The notes under the pieces are model-generated. The model made no database searches, had not been told where the DNA came from, and was given only the letters and a program-made list of their open reading frames with translations. From Neodothiora populina (Eukaryota), in the NCBI RefSeq assembly GCF_041146345.1, contig NW_027191414.1, positions 248,001 through 312,000 of the forward strand: a stretch of 64,000 nt of DNA. Direction: 5' to 3'. Below, one piece after another: positions 11,075 through 23,500 of the stretch; within the stretch, counting starts at the first letter, position 1, and every line of letters begins with the position of its first letter. Both the position numbers and the translations under genes were made by a program.

Positions 11075-12506
11075 ATGGCACCCTCCCTCATCGATGTCAC
11101 AGGCGTGACGCTGTCCACAAGCGCCATGGAGGATAGATTGACGGAACTATTGCGCAATATTTCTAATGTGCAAAGAACCCAGATTCGGCAGGATGAGAAG
11201 TTGTCGGAATTGTCACAGAATGTCGCTGATATCCATAGAGATCTGGTCCGGCAGGATGAGGAACATCAGCTTCTGATGACCACAATCGGTCGATTGAGCA
11301 GCAGTCTTGATCAACAACGGATGGCTCAGAGTCAAGCTACAAACATTCGTCGTGAGAGACCTGGATCGCCGACGATAGAGCTCGACGTTTTGGGACAGCA
11401 GCAGCAACAACAACAGCGAATCCATCACTACGATAGTCCTACTTCACAGTGGCCTGCCAATCCTGAGACGGATACGTTCACGATGATAGCTGACATCGAC
11501 AACGGGATCATGGATAGACATGGTCGATCACTCACAGACCAGAGAGAACGAAGCGACAAAAGCGCTACCCTATTCGCTCAGTCTGATACAGGTGATCAGG
11601 AGATTCGGACTTCCAACTGGCAGTCTAGAATTGAAGCCGGTCAGCAAGCTCGTGTAGATGATGATGTTGTTCGATCACCTAGAAGGATCCTGAAGCTTGG
11701 CCGCAAACGAGCCATAGACGATATAGATAGCCTAGGACAGACGTCAGAAGACGAAACGTCCATTATAGGCCCGTGTCCAAAACTTATTAGCAAATTGCCA
11801 TATGGAGTAGTACGCCGTCGACCTACAGTTGATCTAGAACTACCAGATCTCAACAAGGTGACCACAGTCAAGGGTACCAGGGGAGCACATAAACATTTCC
11901 AACCAAGACTTCAAACAATTCCGAAAGAAGCAGAGCCAATCCATCCTCAGCGTGACACGTCTCGTCAATCTTCGACCAACGAATCACAAGAAGCTCGCGA
12001 CTTCTCCGATTTCGTAAATGGGGACATGGTAGAAGACGATCACGAGAACGTGTATGTTTTTATCAACAACTCACCCCGTCGACCATCTACTGTATCTAGT
12101 TTAACTGTAGGTCGTAGCGAAGCAGAAGAAGACGCTGTCAACAACAGTGCAGACAGCATCAATGATGTTGACCAGATCCATGAGGACTCTACTCAAGACT
12201 ATCAGCCGAGTAGCGGTTACAGCACTGCACCTGTTGCGCAGATGACCGAGCAACGCCAACCTCAAGCTTCTGCTCAGGGGTCCGAGAGCAGATCTCGCGG
12301 GCACGAAACCAGCCCGTCTGTGGCGAATGCCACGTCTCGCAGGTAAGTGAGCTATATTTATGACTGTCTAGACAAAAGCTACATAATTGCTAACACAAAA
12401 AACCAGATCATTGAGAACTAGAGCGGTAGCCAAAGCACCCAGTGGCATGGTGACCACCCCTAACTTCAACAAGCAGAGTGTGATGAGAAAATTGGGTCTG
12501 AAGTAG
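11075..12506 (+). CDS. Hypothetical protein: N-terminal coiled coil, low-complexity remainder
   Basis: 423-codon ORF, then GTAAGT donor at ~12343, GCTAAC branch, CCAG acceptor at ~12407, and a short last exon ending KLGLK*. No recognised domain. Confidence 0.65.
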
Positions 12507-13862
12507 GCCAGCTTCCGACGAGAATGTGATTTCCATTCGAGCTAGTTCACGGGTTGTCTGCCAGTGCAATCCGCTCTCCGAACACGCATTATTTCTTGCT
12601 TGATCAAAACTACGTCGGCAGAGATTTTTCTGTTCTGATCTCTTCACTTCTCCTCACGTAACTACACTATCTTGAAGCTATCGATCACATCTACACTGTG
12701 GTCAAGAGAAATAGTCGCAATCGCAATGTTTCTCCCCAATAACAAACCTCCACACCCATGTCCTGCAACCACATCTATACACTCTCATGCACTCGAATCC
12801 CCCGTGACCCTGACGTGTAATCGGCGTTGGAAATCAGCTGAATTAGCCCTAGAGAAAGCAATAAATAAAACAATACAAAGTAACAAAGTGACGTTTTGCC
12901 CCCAGGCTAGTCAATATAAACCAAAGAAGCCAATCGGCAGATGAGTAGACGCTGCGTGGCTACCGTGATTAGCCCGCGAGCCACAGCACACGAAAGACAT
13001 ACGAAGATGGGCGGACGAAGTTACATAGCCATTCTCATCTGTCCATGTATATCTACAGCTTGAGGGCTCCTCGAAGTTATCCTCGATGGAACAGAGTGGC
13101 GCCGAACTTCCCACATGTAGTGGAAAACCCAGGGAAAGAACAGAAGCTTCGGACACAGAAAGAGGACAAAGGAGCAATACGTAAATATGTGTATATATAT
13201 GTCTTATTCTCCGATTTTGGGTTTCGGCTTCTCCAACTCGTATGCCTTATAGTACTGACTACTACTAGACGATTTCTCTCCTTTTACAATGTATTCATGT
13301 TTTGGGTTTCAGCCCCCCTCCGTCTTGACCTCCTATTTCCTTTCCAATCCCGTGCAAGGGTTTTCGTATGTCAACACACAAGAGGGGCCGGGGTTTGGTC
13401 GTAGATCATTAGATGACCTTCGAGCACAGCTTGCACATCTCCGGCAAAGCTTGCACATCTCCTGCGTCTCCGCCTCGTCCACTAGGCTCTCTGGCTTACA
13501 CTGCGATGCTTCTAGGAATATTTCCTTCCTGCAACAGTGCGCCCTCTCTCATGGGCTACCACTGCCTGGATACACGGATGGTACTGTGCCTCGTGCATAG
13601 GCTGATCTCAATGATATGGATGATCATCATGGCAGCCATCGCCAATTCATTACCCCATAGGCTTGCGCCCCTCGACCGAGGGGCTTCACTTCTTCATCTC
13701 ACTCTTCGCTTCTCGCGTCTTGACGAGCCCTGACGCACGCGCTGCTCTTTCGCAGAACCTCTATTTGGCGTGTGACATTTGGTCGGGGTCATACCTGGAC
13801 CGATTGCTTGTCGTCCGTTCGTTTACGCATCTTTGAGATATAACATACTTATCGAGGGCAGC

Positions 13863-16800
13863 TCAACCCTTGATGCGCTCGTACAACAAGATGTATGCGA
13901 CCTTGTTGTCTCTGACGCTGCTGGACTTGGTAGCTGCGGGTGTGCTTCTACCACTGTTCTTGCTGTTCCTGTCCGAGCCAGCACCGCCAATCTTGTCGCT
14001 CCACTTCTTGGCAGCGCCGCCAGATCCGTTAACTTCGTTCCAGCTTCGGACGCTCTCGGTGTCATCGTCGCCGTTACCGTCGAGTCCTTCGAACAAGTTA
14101 CGTTTGCTGCCAGGCTCATCTTTTTGATGTTGCTCAAGAGCGCGAGCGAGAAGCTTAGGATCTTCTTCAGATCCTCCCTCAGCTACATCCTCGGCGCGGA
14201 TTCTGCGGATCACAGTATCGTCTACGCGCACCCATTCCCGTTCGTCCTGGCGCAGAATGTCGACTGTGTAGTGACCGCCTGCAGCACTCTTTCCGTGGTG
14301 GTAGACGACTGATGTAAGGCGATACTTGGGCTCGCCCTTGATCCCTAAAGCGCCGCGCTTCTGGGGAGCGAAGACCTCCTTGGGGATCTCGAGTTGCAGA
14401 GGATAGCCCACCTTCTTCCAAATCTTCTGCGTACCACCAGTGTTGTCATACTGGAAGCGCTTGAGGTGGAGAATGAGGACGGGAGGCAGAGACTCGATGA
14501 AGACTTGCTTGGTAGCCTTCGATTCACGACCTCCGAAATCACCGGTCAACGTCTCTGGCTTCGTTATTGCGCGGAGTGCATCAGTGATGTTATTGATCTG
14601 GGGCGCTCCAATGTCAAGCTGCAAAGGTTGGTAAGGCTCAAGCGTGACAGAGTTCTTAAGACCAGGCACACGTAGTTCGCTACGAAGCTGACCGCCAAAG
14701 ATATGCGTAAGGGGAGACGGAGAACTATGAAGATCTCCAGATTCGCGAGTAACAGATGACCTTTGCTTAGGGCCGACTTCGAGCCAGCCATTATCGGTAG
14801 TTGGAGAGTCGGTATTCGGCGATGCTGTGTTGTCCGCGGCAGAGATGTCAGGCTGGGAGCGCATGACTGCAACACATTCGTCATGCATGCCGGCAAGAAG
14901 AAACCCGAGGAATTCTTCGGCGTCTTGTTGATGACCACGCTAGAATTTGGTCAGACCCTGCAGCCGAGAACCGAGATGGAAACGAGCGAGGGAACTTACT
15001 CTCATGGAGGAGAAACGCGGTAGTCTCTTGATCACGTCATATACATATTCAGGAATGATGGGTTCACCGTAGCGCTCCAGCTCATCCTGCTTGACACGCA
15101 TACGCAGTTTCTCAGAAGACTCAGCGCTGTCTATTATTTTGAATTCCCGCATGAACAAAATCCTAGATATCATGTCAATACTTTGGTCGGTGGGTGAGGA
15201 TGTTCTACGTCGTTACGTACATTGCATCAATCAAAGGGGTGTCGCTTTTGAAGGAGTGTGCGGCACGTCTGCTGATTTGGTCCAAGAAGTTATAGAATGG
15301 AATACAGAATACAAGGATTTGAAGAATCTTGAAATAGATTGTTAGCAAATCTGTCATTGAGCGCGAGGTGCTTTCTCTTAAGCGTTGACTCACGGAGTTC
15401 ATGTAGCACATGTTGCCAGTGTTGACCAAGCCTCTGGGCTCTAAAAAGGAGATTCGTTCGTCGTGGTCGACATCGTACTGCTTGAGAGCATCAGCGACAG
15501 AACTGGCCCTGGATGGAGCGGTTCCATTGGTGGCGGCAGTGCCATTGATGGCAGAAGAGGCAGCAGCAGCAGCGGCGGCAGCAGCAGCAGCAGCAGCTCC
15601 AGCATTCTTGGCGCGAACAAGGTCAGCCCAAGACTTGGGCGCGGCAGGCTTCGGTTGCGATGCCACGACCGGCGTCGCGTCTGAGCCTTGCGTCTGCTCA
15701 GCGGAGGAGGCGGCGTTCTGCTCGTCTGGGGCTGCTGAATCGGCGGGTCGCGGTGGAGTAGAAGGAGCATCAGAGGAAGTCGTCTTAGTTCTCGAAGCTG
15801 ATATATTCGGCACCGCAGGTATGATAGGAAGAGCGGTTCTGGTGTTTCTCCTGGCACGAGCCGACGTCGGCGACTGGGTTTGTGGCGTAGGCATGTCTAC
15901 CACATCTTCGACTCCGGCTGGTGAAGCAGTAGTAGTTGCTGGAAGATCTGCTTGACCATCCGAGGACGCTGGGCGTGCGTCTTCAGTGGTGATCGCAGCG
16001 GTTGCGGCCGAAGCTGACTCATTGTCCGCTGGCGCAATCCCGTTGACCTTCTCTTCTGCAGCCGGTGTCTCGGTAGCGTCTCTCGACGGCAGGGCTAACG
16101 AATCATTTTGCTGTACTAGATCCCGTCTCTTTCTTCGCCTCTTCAGTGCTTTTGCAGGAAAGACCTCGTCGGGGTGAGAATACCAGGGGAGCTAGTAGGA
16201 TAATTCAGTATCGTATGTTCACAAATACCACAGAGCGCAACTGTCAGACTTACGGGAGGATAAAAAGGCATCCGCTGAGCTGAGATGAGCGGAGAAGACT
16301 GCGAAGCCATGGCGGACGATGAGCGACGTGAAGTCGGCGCTTGGGGGTTTGAGGATTGGACAGATTCAGGTCTCGAGGGCGAGGGAAATGAGTGGGGCGC
16401 CGTGCTCGAAGGGGTCAAAGGTGTGTGTGGTGGCGGCGGCGCGGGCGACTGAGACAGTGGAGGCGGCGGAGGAGGCATGTACGGAAGTGGAGCGTGTCGC
16501 GTGACTGGAGTCATTGGAGGTGGAGGATGCGAGCTGACAATCATGGGCGACATGGGAGAGCGCGGCGGATGTGGGTAGTGAGCATGTTGCGGGTGGGCGT
16601 GGGCAGCGTGGGAGTGAGGATGAGGGTGAGAGTGAGGATGAGTATGGGTGTGGGATTGGGGTGGTGGAGGCATGGAATAGGCAGGAACGAATGGCTGCTG
16701 CTGCCATCTCGGGGCATATCCCATATGCGGTGCCGGATGGGCGTAGTAAGCGGCATGTCCATAATGCGCTGCATATGGATTGTGCATTGGCGCAGGCGAA

Positions 16801-16925
16801 TGGGGCATCTGGGCGTGACCATGGAATTGATTGTGATACTCCTGCTGCCGGCGCGAAGGTTGATGGTTATTCATGGCAGGCGCGTTCATATGTGCTGGCC
16901 CTGCCGGCAGATGATGGTTCATCAT
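13863..16925 (-). CDS. UBP3: Ubiquitin-specific protease Ubp3/USP10 family (multi-exon)
   Basis: Cys box GLVNTGNMCYMNS, HQQDAEEFLG, LPPVLILHLKRFQY, His box YHHGKSAAGGHY and VAYILLYER. Long His/Pro-rich N-terminus. Introns include 16253-16192. Confidence 0.9.
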
Positions 16926-17755
16926 GCCGGCGGTCTATAGATGCTTTTGGGCCGGCGCAGGTCGAGCTGTGGACGACCTACGTGCTCCGACTCAAAAGAA
17001 AATATGAGAGGCACACACTGTGTAACTGGGGAAGTGTCGGTCGGCACGCGGTATAATGACGCCTTGAGAAAGATATCTGGCTCAATATGGCCTTCTTTGC
17101 GCCCGCGACTTCCTTTGTCACGTTCCTCGGCTTCCTTCAGGCGTCGAGGAATTCAGGTGCCTCCGAGATGCCTTTTTTTTAACCTCTTGCACAGGTCACT
17201 GTCAGAGGGGGTGGACTGATGACAAAGCTCTGTTCTGTGCTGTGTCTGTCCCCTCGACGAAACTCCTCACTGAGAGAAGAGTGAGAGAGATGGTCAGGGC
17301 GTTATGGCAAAGCTTCTTTTTCGGACCCGCAATGATGATGATGACCGCTTGCAGACATTAATGGCCGTGTATCGTACCTTATATTTTGCTGACTGCTCAA
17401 GCCAGTCGCCATTTGATTGTCGTCTTGTGAATGCAACAAGTAGCTTCGTATTAGCTGTCAAGCTTCTCCCCGAGTGTATACCATCGAGTCCTATTGGTGT
17501 AAGAGAATCGTCGTTTGCCGTTTTTGTGTATGACCGAGTCGTTCGGACTAAGCTCAGGTAAGGTAGGTACGTAAGAAGTGCAGCACAATAGGTACAACGA
17601 AGCTCTAGATCTTGGCGCTTTTGTCAGATACGCCGCTCCACGTTTCCCATCAGCCGGCGGATCACTTTGTTATACTGATCGTGTCGCTCGCATCTATCCT
17701 TCGTTCTACTGATTGCACGTCGTCACCGAGTACCTGCATCGTCTACACAAGCAAA

Positions 17756-18459
17756 ATGGCCAACAAGAAGGATATGCGAAGGGAGGACCTCAGTATGCAT
17801 TCACTTTCTATGTCGAAATTGGATCGACCAACTGATTCTCATGCAGTTGTCCCTTACATGGAGCCTGCTGGCAAGAGTGATAACTCAGACATCACTGGTT
17901 CGACTCGACCACCTCGTTCTGGCCCTACAATATGTTAATTTCGGCTGCTATATAGGCATTTTTGGAAGCACCTTGCCAATGGCTGCTGTAAGCTGGCCTT
18001 TGTTCTTCAAGATCATGTGACCTGGACTGACGAAAGCGGACAGATATTCACGAGGAACAAGTTAGTCCAATGACTAAGGTATACAAATAGGAGAAAATGA
18101 CGATACTAATCGCGCATTGCACGACAGAGTGATTGGATGGTGAGAGTGATGTTTCCCCAAAAGTTCTGCACTTTGCTAATATGAAATCAGGACTGCCGTT
18201 GTCTTCAGTATTCAGACATGGCTATCAGAGACCCCCGAGTCAAAGAAGACTGCCTCCACCCCCGGCGCTCTCTCCGTCGCCATGGCTCGTGAGTACCTCC
18301 ATCTCAGCTCAATATTTGGTTTCATCGACGTTTTTTGGTAACCCCCTGGTAGTCATGTCTGTGGGCGTGGCATATCTTCCTCTTTTCATGCCCCCAGTAG
18401 CAAGCAAGGCTGGAGCTGGCACAGGCACTGAGGCACCTGCTGCCATTCCTAGCCCGTAG
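17756..18459 (+). CDS. PAT complex subunit Asterix (UPF0139/WDR83OS family), 7 exons
   Basis: Spliced: MANKKDMRREDLIVPYMEP...GIFGSTLPMAAIFTRNKVIGWTAVVFSIQTWLSETPE...SVAMALMSVGVAYLPLFMPP. Micro-exons 18044-18060 and 18128-18139 keep the frame. Confidence 0.85.
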
Positions 18460-19916
18460 TATGATTATCCGTTTGCATACTTTCTCCAATTGTATAATAC
18501 TATATATACCCATTCCAACGGCTACTGTATTGTTGACACAAATTGACTGTGCGCTGCATCTCTCCAATTACCTCTGCTCTGTCATGATGACACAGACTTC
18601 GACATGTAGAGGATGAAGGTTGGCCGAGTTACCTCAGGCTCTCCGTACTTTTCTCCTGAATGATGTGTCTTTACTTTTTGCTCGCTTACCAGGTTGAGTG
18701 ACTGTCTGCACTTTGGCGATTGGTGGTTGAGATCCGGTGACCCACGTATTCATTACGAAGTATATCTACGATGTCGGCATATGAATGTAGAGGTTACTGT
18801 ATGTCACCATGACGACTCAAAGAGACCCAGCTTGAATCCATTCATCCACAACGTATTGTTTACCAACGATTGATAGAACATGCGACTGCATTGCAGTGGT
18901 GCCCATTTTCACGGAAAGACTTCCGAACCCGTGACCAGACGCCAGTGTCTTCCGACATGAGACAGGCGCGGTGAGCTCTGCAGGTACCTACTGAGTTGTA
19001 CAAGTACTCCGTACAGTACTTGGGATCACAGATCTCCTCAGCGTTTTGTGGGGATGCAAAGGCTTGTCAAGCACGCTCTCTGGCGTGATTCGTGGAATGT
19101 TTTGCATAACGACAGTTCTGCGCTTATCTTGAGACACAAGTCTGGGCATCGATCAGTCGTACACGACACGAGGTGTTTAGGGATGGGCATCTAGACTGAG
19201 GGAAAACCTGGTATCGTCACGTCCCATGCCTTGTGTCCACGGGTTACATATCACAAACACCAAGACGGCTATTGTGCCAGTTCTCGGGGAGTGAATTTTA
19301 CGTAAAGGGGATTTACGGACCAATTTCGCACCTGGGCTTCTCGAGTCGCAGATGTTTGCTCAGGCGGATCCTTGTCGGAGAAGCACGACACGGAGCATTT
19401 TCGAGCGGTTATCGCAAGCTTCCGTGAAACAGCTCGACGGTGAGATAAGTCTTGCCTAATCAGAACTCGAATGCGGAACAATGTGGATCTTCGGCACCGC
19501 ATTCGCGCACGAAAAGCTGGGGTAAAAGTCAGGTGGTGGCGTCGCAGAAGGCAAAGAGGGCCCGGCCGGGCAGTGGGTAAAGGTCTAGGTACCTAGTCAG
19601 TCTACCTCTACCTAAGGTACAGGTATTTACTGCAGGCAAGGTCCTCCGTAGTCAAGGCGGACTTGCAGACTCGACTCAAGCGATGCGTCCTCCGGATGGG
19701 TCAGTTGGGATATCGGTGTGTGGTGTCGACTGCAGCGGTAGGGTTTCTTTCTGCTATACCGGTGATACCCAACTAAGGTAAAGCTTTCTCACAATCGTTG
19801 AACTGGAGTTGGACCGAAGTCGAGCGGGATGCACGGCTGACGTACTGGGCTCACTCTTAACGTTATCTCGCAGCACTTGGCCCCAGCCCGGCCAGGTGTC
19901 AGGCCAGTAATCTGCG

Positions 19917-19986
19917 AGTGGTGTCCAGTAGTGGGTTCCAGTAGTGGTTCCAGTAATTAGTGCCATCCAGAGTGGTTCCAGTAGTC
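19917..19986. repeat. Short tandem repeat, ~5 imperfect copies of AGTGGTTCCAGT
   Basis: Read directly: agtggtgtccagt agtgggttccagt agtggttccagt ... agtgccatccag agtggttccagt. Confidence 0.75.
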
Positions 19987-20577
19987 TTCTGTAGGAAACT
20001 TGAACCCATGAACCCAAAGACAAAGTCACGACGCCCCGACTCTCAGGTGGCATCAGATGCTCTCAGCTCGTCGCTGCTTGTGCCATCACGGCTGATCTGC
20101 CAACCTCACATGCTTGCTTGCCTCCTCGCTTCCCCCCAATCAATCGCATTCGCCGCAATTCGCTCCTGCATGTTCTCGTTCCTGGCCTCTCCTCTCTAGT
20201 CTTTGTACTCCTATCTGCTGCATCGTTCCCTATTCGCATCGCATCTAAACCCCAGCTTTCCCTGTCCTGTCAGTATTGTGCTTCTTCGACCGCGCCGTTC
20301 CCACCTCCACATCCTCTTTCGGTACTTTTATGTCCTTGTAGCACTACTGCTGCGGACTCGGACGCACCGACACAGGGCATTGGCATCTGATATCCATACC
20401 TTATATCCCCATACTTGCAGTCACGACACTATTGCATCGCATATACATACATTACCGTCAACCCGCATCACCTATAACATCCTTGTCGTACTTTTCCCTA
20501 CCACGACATGATTTGATAAATACTACGACCACAAAGACATTCGCAATGCTCACCGGATCCCATCATCCTACTGTGCG

Positions 20578-23500
20578 ATGATACCTCGACCTCAGACGGG
20601 CACGCAGAGACCCCCTCCGCCGCAGCGTGTCTCCAGTACTGCCTCTCATCGTCCTTTGAACAGACCCGCTCTTCCCTCGAAACTCAGCAATGTCAGCTCC
20701 GCCTCCCAGCATGAACGCGCTGCCCGACAATTGTTGCGTCCGCAAGGTGCACAGCCAAGTCCATCGCAACCGCTGCCGAAACAAGAGTCGACCGCGGCGG
20801 TAGTCAAACACGAAGTTATTGACCTTGACATGGACGATGATACCGACGTTGCTCTGGAAGCGCAACCGCTCGGTCTCAGCATCAAGCCCCAATCCGCGAA
20901 CAGTCTTCTCGCCGATGGACAATCACCCAGGCCCTGGGATGGCGCCGCGTTCCCTCCCATGACACCGCCTCAACCACCGATCACGAAACAACAATCCCTC
21001 CCCCTACCCACGAGACCGTCCTTTCTTGCAGACACGGCGAAGCGTTCGTCACGACCCTCGAGCGCTTCGAAAGCCGTGCGCCGGGATCCTTCACGAAGGT
21101 CCAATGGTCTACGTCCTCCAGCCATCGCCACCACTCTACCTCGCGGCAAGGTCGCCGACTTCTTTCCTTGGACTGGCGGCGCGGGCGCACACTCGGAAGA
21201 TCTCATGAACGAGAATACAATCCGGAGTGGAAATAATGATAAAGGAGCTGGTCCAGGCTGCCCTCTTCCAGCCGCCGAGTCCAACACCGCTCGACCCAAT
21301 CTCTGGCCACAATTGCAGAGTAAACAGGGTCTACAAGTACTATCCAACCTGTTTTGCCAAGTACTAGAGAAACGTCAGCAGCTGGGTCGCTGCACTGCTC
21401 CTTCGACCTTCAAGCCTCCACCTAGGGTGACGCTGACGGATACCAAGAGAGAAGCTTGGCTAAAAGATCTCGCGAATCCAAATGTACCGTTGAGGAGACT
21501 AAGCAGGACCATCCCGCATGGCATCCGTGGAAAAGCTCTGCTCGAGCACTGCATCTCCAAGGATATCCCCATTACGCGCGCAGTCTGGCTATCAAAGTGC
21601 GTGGGTGCAAACGAGATTCGTGCGTTCAAACGCAAAGGAGTCAGTGGCCCTTCTGCCCTCGCTGGCGAGGTCAAATGGATCCGAGACTGGACTACTTGCG
21701 TCGAGGACTTTGTCGATGGTGTCATCGGGGATTGTGGACAAAATGGCTGGAGCAGGAAAATGAACTATGCCATCCGTCTTGCCACGTACTTTTTCTCCGA
21801 ACATCTATTGGACAGCGAGCATTTCATGGACTGGCTCCTCAGCATGCTGGAATCCTCGAACCTGGAACGATTGCCCATCTGGGTTCTCTTGACTCAGGTC
21901 TATTGGAAGCATATGACCTCCCGACGCAAACTTGGTCGCAGACTGTCTGAAGCACTCGTTTCCCACATTCAGACGTTGTTACAGGCAGGGCATCCTCTGA
22001 GTGGGCCTTTGATGACTCGATTGCAGCAACTTGTTTTCATTCTGGCTATCGCGCACCAGGGCTGCCTCATTATGCCCAAATCGTGGAACACTTACGAAGA
22101 AACGTTCAATTCCGTTGCATATCTCGGCAGATTTGCCCACGCCAAAGACGCAATTCAGAATGTGCGTAAGCGCAACCTCCGTGTGATGGGAGGCCAAGTC
22201 CGCGCACAGAGTGCTGGAAGTCTCGCCAAACAAATATTAATTGACGCGCTTGATCAAGCTGGTTTTGATGGGCGAGTGCCTCCCCAGGCACTGCCTTCTG
22301 GCGGTTCTATGGACCAGGCACAAAAGATCTTGCCAACTGTCCTCGAGTGGGCATCAAGTCTTCACAGGCATGGCATGGCTCGAATTTATTTGTCGGCACG
22401 AATCTTGAGACACTGGAATATCACGGGAGCGGACACTGATACAGTAATCTTGGAATTTCTGGAATCAGCCGCTGTAGATGTTAGCGTTGATGCTAAAGCT
22501 CTACATGACGTTGTGGCACTTTTGGCACGCTCCAATCATTTCTCCACTGGCAAATACTTACAGTGGCTGATCTCGACGGGCGCTCTTTCAGGCATTCCTG
22601 CAAACGCCAGCGACGCACAACTGCTGCTGAACCTGCCCACAGGACAGCTCCAGCCTCACGTGTTCAACCTTCGCCGCACCGTTCTACACCGGATGGGCTA
22701 CAATATACAATCTGAACAGAATGCCATTGCTGAGTGGAGGACATATTTGTCTTCATTGTTGAAGACTTCAACGTCGCAAAGGCCCACTCTGCAGCAATTT
22801 GCCCCTAGTCCACCTGTTCCTTCGGGCGCTGTACGATGCTCCGTTGCACAATGGCTCTGTGAAGAGTTCGCAGGGCAACGCAATATTGACTACAGCCGCG
22901 ATGGCGGTGAGATGATGTCAATAGGCAGACTGCACGGTTTTTGTGTCGTGCGAGAGACTCTAGAACGCTTCGGCGATTTCCTGAGGCTGTTCGTTGTCCT
23001 AAAGGCTGTAGCAGGATCAGCTGTCGAGACACAATTCCTCGCCACCATTGCCGATACAATCAACATGCGCGCAGACGTGTTCGCGGCAATGGGCGTACTC
23101 GATGAACTTGTACGATGTGTTTGCAATCAGCAACTTGAACTTCGAAGGAGACTACCATTAGAAAAGTGCTTTCTTCTGGCACTTTCGTCCTTGGTACAAC
23201 GTGTCCCTTGCGCAGACATCGTTCGGCAAAGTATTAACGCCGATCTTCAATACTGTGAGAACCAGACTTCAGCTTCAGCTTGCTCCCCAGCGTCCGACAG
23301 CATGGTTGTGACTGGAGGAGGACTGCCAGAGTCAGACGAAGATGTGGACCGCGTACTAACTAGCGGGAACACCATGGATGAGCATTTGTTCACGCGCATG
23401 TTTGGAGTCATCTCCGACAAAGCCATGAAGGCTGGTCTACCCAGTGTAGATCGCACAGGTGCATGGTTTGCTCAGCTGCGGCGTTTTGATCCGTCAACTT

